DNA of 63,319 nucleotides, counting the filler, from Rhizaria sp. SCN 62-66 (taxonomy: Eukaryota): the NCBI GenBank assembly GCA_001724265.1. It is 2 parts of 2 records of this genome, joined end to end, with 100 filler letters (N's around TTAATTAATTAA, not from the genome) between each part and the next. Parts side by side here need not be neighbours in the genome. Positions count along the whole stretch, not along the records: positions 31,726 to 63,319 come from MEDY01000356.1; 1 more part is not named here. One strand, 5' to 3'. This document shows, in pieces, positions 39,368 through 48,636 of the stretch (within the stretch, counting starts at the first letter, position 1; each line of letters opens with the position of its first letter). A program made the position numbers and the translations under genes. The notes under the pieces are model-generated. The model made no database searches and was not told the origin of the DNA. It saw only the letters and a list, made by a program, of their open reading frames with translations.

Positions 39368-40369
39368 ATGCTGAGCAAGGTCCTTGCACGCTCTTCCCGC
39401 AGCGCTGCGCGTTGCGTTCTCTCTTCCTCCGCGACTGCGTTCACGATCCCGTCGTTCGCGATCGCCCCTCGCCACTCTGCGTTTGCCTTCTCGACCTCGG
39501 CCTCGGCCCCCGACGCCGCCGCCGCCGACGCTGCCAACGCAAACGTGTGCCTTAAGTCGATCCCTCTGTCCAAGATTATTGCCGACCTTGAGCTGCACAA
39601 GTCCGTCGCCAAGACGCTCGACGCGCGCGGCATCACAACCCCCGCCCAATTGGTCGCACTCAACAAGAAGCAGTTCCTCGAGACGGTTCCCGACCTCACC
39701 GCGCGTAATCTGCTCAAGGCGCACCTCCGCGTGCTTACGGGCCGCCCGCTTGCCGCGGACTCGGAGACGCCCGAGGAGGCCGAGGCCGCCGCCGCCGCCG
39801 CCGCGCCCGGCCCCGCAGAGGTCGCGGCCGCGGACGCCACTGCTGCCGCCGCCGTCGCCAACGCCGCCGCCGAGACCGCTGCGGCCGCCGCTTCCGACGC
39901 CGCTGCTGCCGCCGCCGTTGCCGTCGACGCTGCTGCCGCTGCTGCTGCCCCCGCTGCTGCTGGTGCCGCTGCTGCTGCTGCTCCTGCTGCTGCTGCTCCT
40001 GCTGTTGCTGCTGCGGCTGCTGCTGCGGCTGCGGAGCCCGCCGTGACTGCCGCGCAGGCCGCGGAGACGGTGCTGGTCAAGTCCGAGCACGAGGCGGCGA
40101 CGCAGACGGTGGCGACGTGGCTGGAGCCGCTGAAGATGCCGCAGTTCTTCGACGCGATGAAAGACGGCAAGGTTACCGAGTGGCACGTCAAGGTCGGCGA
40201 GCGCTTCGACCGCGGCGCGCCGCTGTGCGACATCGAGACCGACATCGCCGAGATCACGTACGACGCCGCCGAGCCCGGGTACCTGAACGAGATCCTCGTG
40301 TCGGTCGGCGAGACGGTGCGAATTGGCGAGCCCATCGCCGTGCGCGCGCACACCGAGAAGCACGCATGA
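39368..40369 (+). CDS. Predicted mitochondrial protein, 333 aa: presequence + small helical (SAM/HhH-like) domain + Ala-rich linker + C-terminal biotinyl/lipoyl-like domain lacking the acceptor lysine
   Basis: The C-terminus 'LKMPQF.DAMKDGKVTEWHVKVGE....G.PLCDIETDIAEITYDAAEPGYLNEILVSVGETVRIGEPIAV' follows the E2 lipoyl-domain consensus, but has ETDIA where ETDKA is expected. N-terminus is rich in R/S/A/F. TGA stop. Confidence 0.75.
   Translation: MLSKVLARSSRSAARCVLSSSATAFTIPSFAIAPRHSAFAFSTSASAPDAAAADAANANVCLKSIPLSKIIADLELHKSVAKTLDARGITTPAQLVALNKKQFLETVPDLTARNLLKAHLRVLTGRPLAADSETPEEAEAAAAAAAPGPAEVAAADATAAAAVANAAAETAAAAASDAAAAAAVAVDAAAAAAAPAAAGAAAAAAPAAAAPAVAAAAAAAAAEPAVTAAQAAETVLVKSEHEAATQTVATWLEPLKMPQFFDAMKDGKVTEWHVKVGERFDRGAPLCDIETDIAEITYDAAEPGYLNEILVSVGETVRIGEPIAVRAHTEKHA
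39780..40060 (+). repeat. GCC/GCT trinucleotide-rich tract encoding a poly-Ala/Pro linker
   Basis: Imperfect (GCY)n runs translating to [35 protein letters not shown]. Confidence 0.8.
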
Positions 40370-41022
40370 GCGGGCTTTATATTATAAGTATTGACTGATG
40401 TATCAACCCGGAGCGCGAAAGAAATGATAGAGCGTGACGGTTTGACGGTGACTCGTGTTCCGCACAAGCATGCTAGCCCATTACTGAGATGGGATGAGGC
40501 ACAGAAGAACAGTTTGAAGGTACATGTATGTATTGTTTTTTGAGATCTGCTTTGTTTGTGGAAGAGAGATGGCCCGGAGTGATGAGGGTCGCTATGTCAA
40601 GGAAAGATTGGTGGGAAAGATATCTTATACACTAGTTTATTTACGGATATACAATGATTATTCAACCCTTATGCGTCTTTTCGGAGTCTTGGTATAGCTT
40701 TGGAGCAGTGGTTCGAGAGAGCGAGTGGTTGAATGCACATTCATTTTTCACTGCAACTGCGCTATATTGATTGTAAAAACGATTGATCTACATTCCCCTT
40801 GATTTTTAATGGATTTGCCGTTATTTTAGTGAATTTATTTATTGGGAAAATGCGATGTTGTTGCACTGGGCCACTTTTTCGAATGAGAATGGCACCACGC
40901 CCCCCCACTCCTCGCTTATCTCGCTTATCTCTGTTGCTATGCGCTCTTATCGCTTTTGCACGCAATACGACTTTGATTACGTGGTACCAAACTATTACTT
41001 CCTTTTCGTTTCAGTATCACTA

Positions 41023-41556
41023 ATGGCTGAGATCAAGATTGTCACTGTGGTACGTCTCAAAACAACAAGCCACGTTCCCGATTTGTCAGCATTCACGAAC
41101 ACCGTTCTCTTTATCTTCTCTCACAGTCACATTCCTTCACACACATTTACACTCATACCAACGTTATGCCATAATTGCTATACTATAATATATTCAAACA
41201 TCATTTTTCGTGATGTGTATATGTTTTGTGCTTGTTTTTCGCAGGCTGAGCTACGCGCCGCGAACGGCAAGGACTCGACCAACCTCTGGGTGGCCCTCTA
41301 CGTCCCCGAGAAGAAGAAGACGTGCGTTTTTGACGTCTCGTCCCGCGCCGACCTTTACGGTGCCGGCGAGAGCTACCACGTCTTCGTGGCCCGTAACGCG
41401 ACGCGCGCGCTGGCGACAATGGACCTGCAGGGCCCCGAGGGCGGCGCCGAGGGGCTGGATGCCGTGCAGCTGCAGACGCTCGGCGAGTGGGTCGGCAAGT
41501 ACGCCGAGAAGTACCCCATCGTGGGCTACCTTGAGGAGCAGTCTGCGTCGGCGTAA
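41023..41556 (+). CDS. Cytochrome b5-like heme/steroid-binding protein (MAPR: PGRMC/Dap1/neudesin family), ~112 aa, no TM anchor; exons 41023-41049, 41245-41556
   Basis: 'ELRAANGKD..LWVAL', 'VFDVSSRADLYGAGESYHVFVARNATRALATMDL', 'LGEWVGKYAEKYPIVGYL' fit the MAPR consensus. Intron 41050-41244 GTACGT...GCAG, phase 0; TAA stop. Confidence 0.85.
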   Translation: MAEIKIVTVVRLKTTSHVPDLSAFTNTVLFIFSHSHIPSHTFTLIPTLCHNCYTIIYSNIIFRDVYMFCACFSQAELRAANGKDSTNLWVALYVPEKKKTCVFDVSSRADLYGAGESYHVFVARNATRALATMDLQGPEGGAEGLDAVQLQTLGEWVGKYAEKYPIVGYLEEQSASA

Positions 41557-42342
41557 GTGCGCCGCGATCGCAGAGCAGGCTACTATCCAGCGCACAACCA
41601 CCGCGTGAGATGCACTGCAAAAGACTGCTGTAGTTGCTGGGCGAGTAAAGCCATCACAACTACTGCACGGATGTGTGCTGGAAGAATAATAAGTGTAAGA
41701 ATTAATAAGAGTGTCGTATTTTGAACGCGGACAAACAACACAAAACACAGCAGAAGAAAACAACTTGAATTTTTCCAACCATGAGTGAATACAAGAATGA
41801 CTTATACTAAGATGAGAAGTAAACAAATCAGAATATGTATTCAAAATGAAATGGTGTTGATATTTTCAGTATGTAACAAAACTAAACGAAAATGTGTAGA
41901 TAAATCGCTCAAAAGCCGAGCGTAGCGTTATAATTACATAATAAAACGAACGACCACAAAAAATAGAATCGAGCAGCCAGCAAGCGAATGAACTGGATAC
42001 CAGGACTACATCTGGAGAAGCGACGAGATTGAAGTTAATATAGATCTGGCCCTGCTAAAACACGATGACTCATGTACGATTGGACTATCTATCTAACGCT
42101 GTACAGATACACATACGCTCTGAGTGTAAAGTTCTGTGTTGTTGTTGCGAGCTTTGTTTCATAACAGGTTATTTGTTAATCACATAAGGCGTCTAAAGCT
42201 ATATGCTTAACAAAAAAAAGCAAAAACGAAATAAATTCAATCAAACTAACGTGCAGCACACTGTTTTGTGATACGTCAACAGCAATGACTGTTACACGAT
42301 GAACATACCTTATTTTAAAAAAGCATGCTTGAGAAGGACAAC

Positions 42343-45300
42343 TCACGTCTCGATGGGCGCGTTGATCTTGGCGGCCTCGCGCGCGCACGTGACGGAGGTC
42401 ATGGTGAGGTCCTCCATCAGGTCCAGCTCACGGTCGATCACCTCAAGCGCGGCGTCGAGGTTCAACGGCACGGGGTCCTGGCGGAGCATCATGGCGCGCT
42501 CCTTGTAGATGAAGAGACGGAGGATCGAGTCGTAGTGGTTGAGGTACGGGTGGAAGTCGGGGAGACAGAGCAGCAACAGCGTGCAGAAGATGATGAAGGG
42601 CATCATAATGAGCTCGAACGCGAGCACGCGGAAACGCGTGACCCAGAAGTCGCTGTTAATGAAGTACACGGGGTAGATGTTGGGGATCCAGAACTCGAAG
42701 CACGCCTGCGCGATCATAAGGACGAGAAGCACAAACACGAGCAACATCAGCAGGTACACGAGCGTCAGGTACAGGAAACCGCGCGCGGCGGGCTGCACGA
42801 GTCCGCGGCGCGAAGTAATCTCGGTGCAGAGCAGGCGGCCCAGGTTGGACCACAGACGCGCGGCGAGCCCGGTGAGCTGCTCCTTGCGCGTCTTAGCGGG
42901 CTCGGCGGGGGCCGCGACGTAGACGACGTACTTGGCGTAGAGCGCGCGCGTGAGCACGAACTGCACAATGCAAGGCACGAGCACACAGAGGAAGAGGTAG
43001 CGCGGCAGAACGAGGTCCGTGTGCAGCACCGACGAGTCGATAATCTCGTAGCCCAGCGCCGAGTAGGCCGCGGTGAAGATGATGAGGCTGAGGAACATGT
43101 AGACGACGATGAACGACAGGGCGACGATGATCGCGCGGCGGTTCAGCAGCGCCAGCTCCTTGAGCTCGTCGTGGTACCGCTTCCAGTCGCGCGCCGCAGG
43201 GTCGTAGGTCGAGATCTGCGTCGGCATCGCCAAGCCTTGTTGCTCGTCGTCCGAAGACTCCTCGCTCTTCTCCGGCTCCGGCTCGGGTTCGGGGATCTCG
43301 AGGTTGAGATTAGCCTCATGGTCCTCGTCGTCGACGACCTGCACCTCGACCGCCGTGGCCTCCTTGGCAGACACGGCGGCGTGCGGCTTGATCGGCATCT
43401 GCGCCGCCCACTGCGGCGGCGTCACACCGTCGCCCTGCACCGACTGCGGCAGCGGCTTCTTCTTCTTCTTACGGATCGTGCGCACGCCCAGCACGGTGGA
43501 CGAGCCGCCGCCCTGGACCGCGCTGCCGTTGTTATTCGCGTACATCTCCGAGCCCAGCACGTGCGTCTCGCCCGCGTTGGACAGCGCGCCGGGCCCCGAG
43601 CGCTGGCCATACTGCGCCAGGTCCGCTCTGCGGTAGTCGAACGACGCCGACGGCTGCATCCCGGGCTGCGGCGGCGGCTGCGGCGGGGCGAGCGGGCCGC
43701 GGCCGGCGTACTGCGAGCTGCTGTGCTGCAGCCCGTTGCTGGCGCCCAGCGGGGTCATCATGATGGACCCGCCGCGGTTGAGGCCGCCGCCGGGCGTGTC
43801 GGGCACGTTGCCGGAGCCCAGCGTGACGCCGACGTTGGAGCGGTTCGGGATCACGCCGTACGACATTGACGGGCGCTGCGCGGAGAAGGAGCCCGCGCGC
43901 GAGCGCGTGCCGTTGCCGCCCGGCGTGCCGGTCGCGGCCAGCGACATCGAGTGGCGGCGGCGCGAGATGTCCTGCCCGGTGAACGAGCGGTCGTTGACGT
44001 TGCGCTCGCCCGTGATGGGCCGCGACTCGAGCAGGCCCGCGGCCTGGCGGTACTGGAACTCAGAGATATCCGTCCCGGCAGCGCGGCGCTTTGAGGCGGC
44101 GCCGCTGTAGTCGTGCTTCTTGGCGACGGTGCGCGCAACGCCGAGCGACGATAGCTGCGCCGCGCTGGCCTCCGCCTTGGCGAGCTGGCCTGTGGGGATG
44201 GTAGAGTAGCGGCGCGTGCGGGCGTTCTCTTCCTCTTCCTCCTGCTTCTTGAACAGACAGCAGCAGACGGCGTAGCGATACACGGCGAGCGAGTGCAGGT
44301 ACACCAGCGAGCGCGCCTCGATCGAGACGATGCCGACGAACGAAATGCACAGCACCGTGACGAGTGCAATGAAGAAGTTGCGCAGCAGTGAAGAGGAAAA
44401 GGCCTCGTCGCGCCGGTCCGCGTACAGCTCCGCGATGCGCGTGGCGCCGTCGACGTAGCCCTGTGTCGTCTTGAGCATGTTGTAGTCATCCGCGAGCACG
44501 GGGTCGTCGTAGATCCAGTGGTGCGAGCGCGCGCCCGACTGCGCCATGAAGGCCATGAGCAGCTGCTTCTTCTGCTCGAAGTGGTCCTGCGCCACCGTGG
44601 TGACCGACGAGCTGTTAAGCAGCGGCAGCGCGTCGTTGACCAGCAGTCCCACGGCCTGGCGCGGGGCCGGGATGCCCAGCAGCGCCGTGATGGTGGGCGC
44701 GACGTAGGTCGACTTGATCTCCTGCGTCTGCCGTTCGTACGGGTTGTCCACCAGCGCGTCATGGTCCTTTACGGGGAAGCGCGAGCCGTCGGGCATGGCG
44801 CCCGTGGTAAAGGACAGGCCCGAGTTAGGCGAGTAAAAGATGAGCGGCAGGTCAGTCAGCACGTCGCTGACGCCGCCGTGGCCACCGGGCGCGAGGTGGC
44901 CGTGGTCAGAGGTGATCACGACGACCGTGTCGTTGGCCAGCGGGTGCGTGCGCACGGCATCGAGAATTGCGCGGATGATGATCGTCTTGTTCGTCACGGC
45001 GTCGTAGTAGGAGTTCTTGCTGTTGTACTTGGTCTCGACGCCGCAGCAATGGCCCTGCTGGTCGATGTCGCTGAAGTGCGCCAGGAACAGCTTGTATGGG
45101 TTCTCGACCTGCGAGATGGCCTGCACGGCGATAGTCGCGCGGCGCCAGTCGGCGTAGTCGGCCGTGATAGTGTCGTGGTTGCCGAAAATGCCCGTGTTAA
45201 TGTCATTCTGGTCGACCTGCGGCGGCACGTACGACACGTCAACCGTGCCCGAGCCCTGCAGCTCGGGCAGGTGGTTGCGCAGCAGGTCGCCGAACCAGGG

Positions 45301-47412
45301 CGACGCCGTGAGTCCGCGCTGGAAGGGCTTAGTGGTGAGCATCGAGGCCGCGGTGGCGTTGAGCGTGCTGATGTCCAGGATGGGGTCGTACAGCCCGGCG
45401 CGGGAGAAGACCGAGTCATAACGCGTCTCTTTGACGTTGAGGTTGCCCAGTACGCCTGTGATCTCGGGGGGCGAGCCGGAGACGAGCGTGAGCCAGTTGG
45501 GCACGGACATCGACGGCAACTGACCCTTCATCTTGAGTACTTTGGCGTCCTTGCGGAACCAGTTCTCCTGCAGCAGCTCGCTGAACTCAGCGTTGCGGTC
45601 CATGTGATCGAACCGCATGCCATCGAGGATCACCATGACGACGCGCTTGCCCGACACGCGGCGCAGACGGGGAAACTCGGCGGCCTCGGCCAGCGTCTTC
45701 ATGATGGTGCGCGGAGACGCGCCGGCGTAGAGGGACATCTGGACCTGCTCCGACAGCGCGATGTTGGCTTCACTCTTCAGGAGACCGATCTTGCGCAGCA
45801 CGGCCTGCGTGGCAAAGACGTTGCCGCCGCCGATCTCGCCGCCGTGCGCGGCCTCGAGCAGATCAAGGCGGTCCGAGATGGACTGCAGCTCCTGCTGCGT
45901 TGACGACGCGTCCTCGGTGGGCCAGTAGCCAGAGACCTTGTTGATGTCTGCCATGGAGACGAGGCGAGAGCTGGGGTAGAAGCTGGCACGCTCGCCGACA
46001 AACTGCATCTGCAGCACAACGAAGGATGCGATGCCGATGACGACCATGACGACAGCGATGGAGATGAAGGACCCCAGCGCCATCTGCGACACGGTCACAC
46101 CGGCGCGGTTGAAGGCGCGCTGCCGCGCGTCAGCCGTGGCGAGGAAGCGGTCGATGTCGACAAAGGCGGTGGGGGAGATGTACACCGTCGCCGGCGTGGC
46201 CAGCTTGTCCATCGCTGACGCCATCGGGGTCACGCCGAGCGGTAGAGGCCGCGTGGGCTGCATCGCCTGGCGGGTGAGGAGCGGACGCGTGAGGAACATC
46301 AGGGCGAGCAGACAGCCGATGGCGTTGATGGGCGTGGTGAAGCCGTTGGGGTACGTCAGGCCCGCAGCCATGGTGGCTAGGCAGATGATGTAGAAGACGT
46401 CCGCAAGGTTCGGGCCAGTACCTATCATATGCAACAAAGCAGAGGAGTGAAAGACCGAGAATAAGGGGAATGGAGATATATATGAGAAAGATGTGTGAAA
46501 ATCACAACCAAACAAATAATTCACAAACAATACACATAACTATTCAAAGTACCATATATATGTGTACAAATACGCATATTACTGTGAGTTATGTCTGTTT
46601 AAAGATGAAATGATAGGACGTACCGGGCAGCATGTTGAGTGTGACCCAGAAAATGGAGCGCTCCTCGAAGGGCACGGTCATCTTGGCGAACATGGGGTCC
46701 ACGACCTCCTCCATCTCGTCGGGCGTGTGCTCGCCCTCGGACTCGGAAACGTCGTTGCCGTTGCCCGTCGCGTCGTCGCCGGCGCTGGCGTTGCCCGCGC
46801 CGGTGGTGCTGTTGCTGCGGCGCTTGCGGCGGATGACGAGCCCGTCCGAGACGCGGAAGTCGCGGTTCGCCATCCACGCGGGCAACGGACGCGAGGCGCC
46901 CATGTCGGAGAGACATTCGTTGCGGATGGTGCGGTACCGCCAGATCATGAAGCAGACGAGGAGGAAGGAGGCGATGGAAAAGGACACGGCGACATAGCCG
47001 AGGTTGTTTTCCGTCGAGATCGAGATACGGGAGCGGGACTGGTCCAGGGAGCTGTCAGTGCCGCCCACAGCGTCGGACACGGCAGCAAGAAGAATAGACA
47101 TGACCATGTGCAGAGCGGCCACAACGAGAAGGTACATGTGGACGGCGAATTGGTCGGGGAGGAGGCTTTCTACCTTGCGGCGGTAGGCCTCCTCTGTACA
47201 GCGGGCGCAGGAGCGAACAGGGGCGAGATAAGGGTGTGGTATCGCGCGGTAAGGGGATATACAGGGGGATATGACAAATGAATCGTGCACATGTGTTGCG
47301 AAAATCCTAGAAAAGAGCTTAAAGGTTGCTCGCGGTGACTGAAGATGCGCGTGGAGAACGTACGTTTTGCGAGGCCGCGCCTACTCGACCCCCGCTTAGC
47401 AGGAGGAGCCAT
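42343..47412 (-). CDS. Multi-pass membrane protein with an alkaline-phosphatase-superfamily domain (phosphodiesterase / GPI ethanolamine-phosphate transferase-like), ~1565 aa; exons 47412-47364, 47193-46624, 46421-42343
   Basis: Metal-ligand motifs 'VMVILDGMRFD', 'LPSMSVPNW' (candidate Ser nucleophile), 'FLAHFSDIDQQGH', 'VVITSDHGH..PGGHGG', 'VAPTITALLGIPAP'. Several hydrophobic helices lie on both sides. Two phase-1 GTACGT...YAG introns (47363-47194, 46623-46422) join the ORFs in frame. TGA stop; the 3' end is slightly uncertain. Confidence 0.75.
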
Positions 47413-48082
47413 GAGATGTGGCCTGAAAAGCGATCGGTAAGGAGCGGAAACAGGGAAAAGATGAGCCAAAAGGTCAGGCAAATTGCCAAAAGGGAACTGT
47501 GCGCGTTCAAAAAGCAGAGTCAGTGTGGCAGGACAAGAAGGACGGCCTTGAAAGGTGTTGCTCCTCGTTCAAAAGGAGCTTCTTAGCAATCTCCAGCGCG
47601 GATATTCCGACACTCTGCACGCAAAAAATTAAATAGACCAATACATCTCTAATGCACAGCATCAATACAAGTGCCCGAAGCATATAAAATGGCATACTGA
47701 AGCCGCAATCTTGAAAATGAATCCAACTATAGCTCCTGCCTTCGTTCGCCTCGTTCGCCGGTTGGACAATTTTTGCGAACCGCGGTCGAGCGACCGAGGA
47801 GCAAACGAGTGAGCTTGTCAAAAATAAGGAGAGACGTCGCGCGAATCTTTGGGGATATTTCACCACGTGGGCATCCGTTCGATCGCCATTTAAAACGACT
47901 TTTGGTTTTACCGCGCAATCTTGTTTAACATATCAATGCTCTTAACGCTCTATTGAGCTTCACATGTCAGAACATGCTTTTCTTTTTAGACTGCACTCTC
48001 CCTGCGTGTCGCTCTCATTGTATAACTTTCAGGGATCCTTTATGTCGTTTTCTGTCACACTTGATGCTTTTCTTTAATATCC

Positions 48083-48410
48083 AGTAGTATCCGTATAAGC
48101 GGACTATAACTCACACGAACAAAAATGAGCTATCGCATCGTTCAATGCGCGCCGGCTGTCATGCTGGCTTATAAGAAGCGCAACACAAACGTCGTTGTCA
48201 ATCGTGTGCTGGCTGGGGACGTTAGCCTTTACACAATTGTTGGCACTGACCCTCCCGCAGTTGTGGGAGCTACCAATGAGATTAGCCTTAGCCAGGATAT
48301 GCTGGTCGATGGTATGGTCAGCGTTCGCAGTCCCGGGCGTCACGCTGATGACTTATGCGATAGCTCATTTTTGTTCGTGTGAGTTATAGTCCGCTTATAC
48401 GGATACTACT
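48083..48410. mobile_element. 328-bp non-autonomous DNA transposon (MITE) with perfect 56-bp terminal inverted repeats and ATCC target-site duplication
   Basis: 48083-48138 (AGTAGTATCC...GCTATCGCAT) is the exact reverse complement of 48355-48410. ATCC flanks both sides (48079-48082, 48411-48414). No transposase-like ORF inside. Confidence 0.88.
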
Positions 48411-48636
48411 ATCCACAACGTCACTTTATGTTTTGTGCCTATAATTGTCTTTTTGTCTTGAAAACACCTTTATTTACGCAGCAGACGCTAAGAAGACTCA
48501 CCTCACTCCATTGCCTTTCTTTTTTTCGCCTTCGCGCACACCCCTCCCCGTTGCGTCTGTCACACTCCTGCCGTCGAACTAGCTGCCCTGCTCCTCCCCT
48601 GTCTGTCCTCCCACGACGGTCGTCCGCCGCACAGCC

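Noticed and set aside
41934-42346. Possible extra 3' exon of the phosphatase-like gene (stop TGA overlaps a GTGAGT; acceptor-like TTTTAGCAG near 42052; the exon would contain a TAG)
   Set aside because: The donor does not match the GTAYGT consensus seen here and the candidate exon is AT-rich with no motif support. Too speculative.
47170-47172. TAG ending ORF 47170-47481
   Set aside because: It lies out of frame in exon 2 once intron 47363-47194 is spliced; it is neither a real stop nor a readthrough site.
48104-48389. Short ORFs inside the MITE as a transposase or RNA gene
   Set aside because: 64-85 aa with no DDE motifs; the TIR+TSD structure explains the region.
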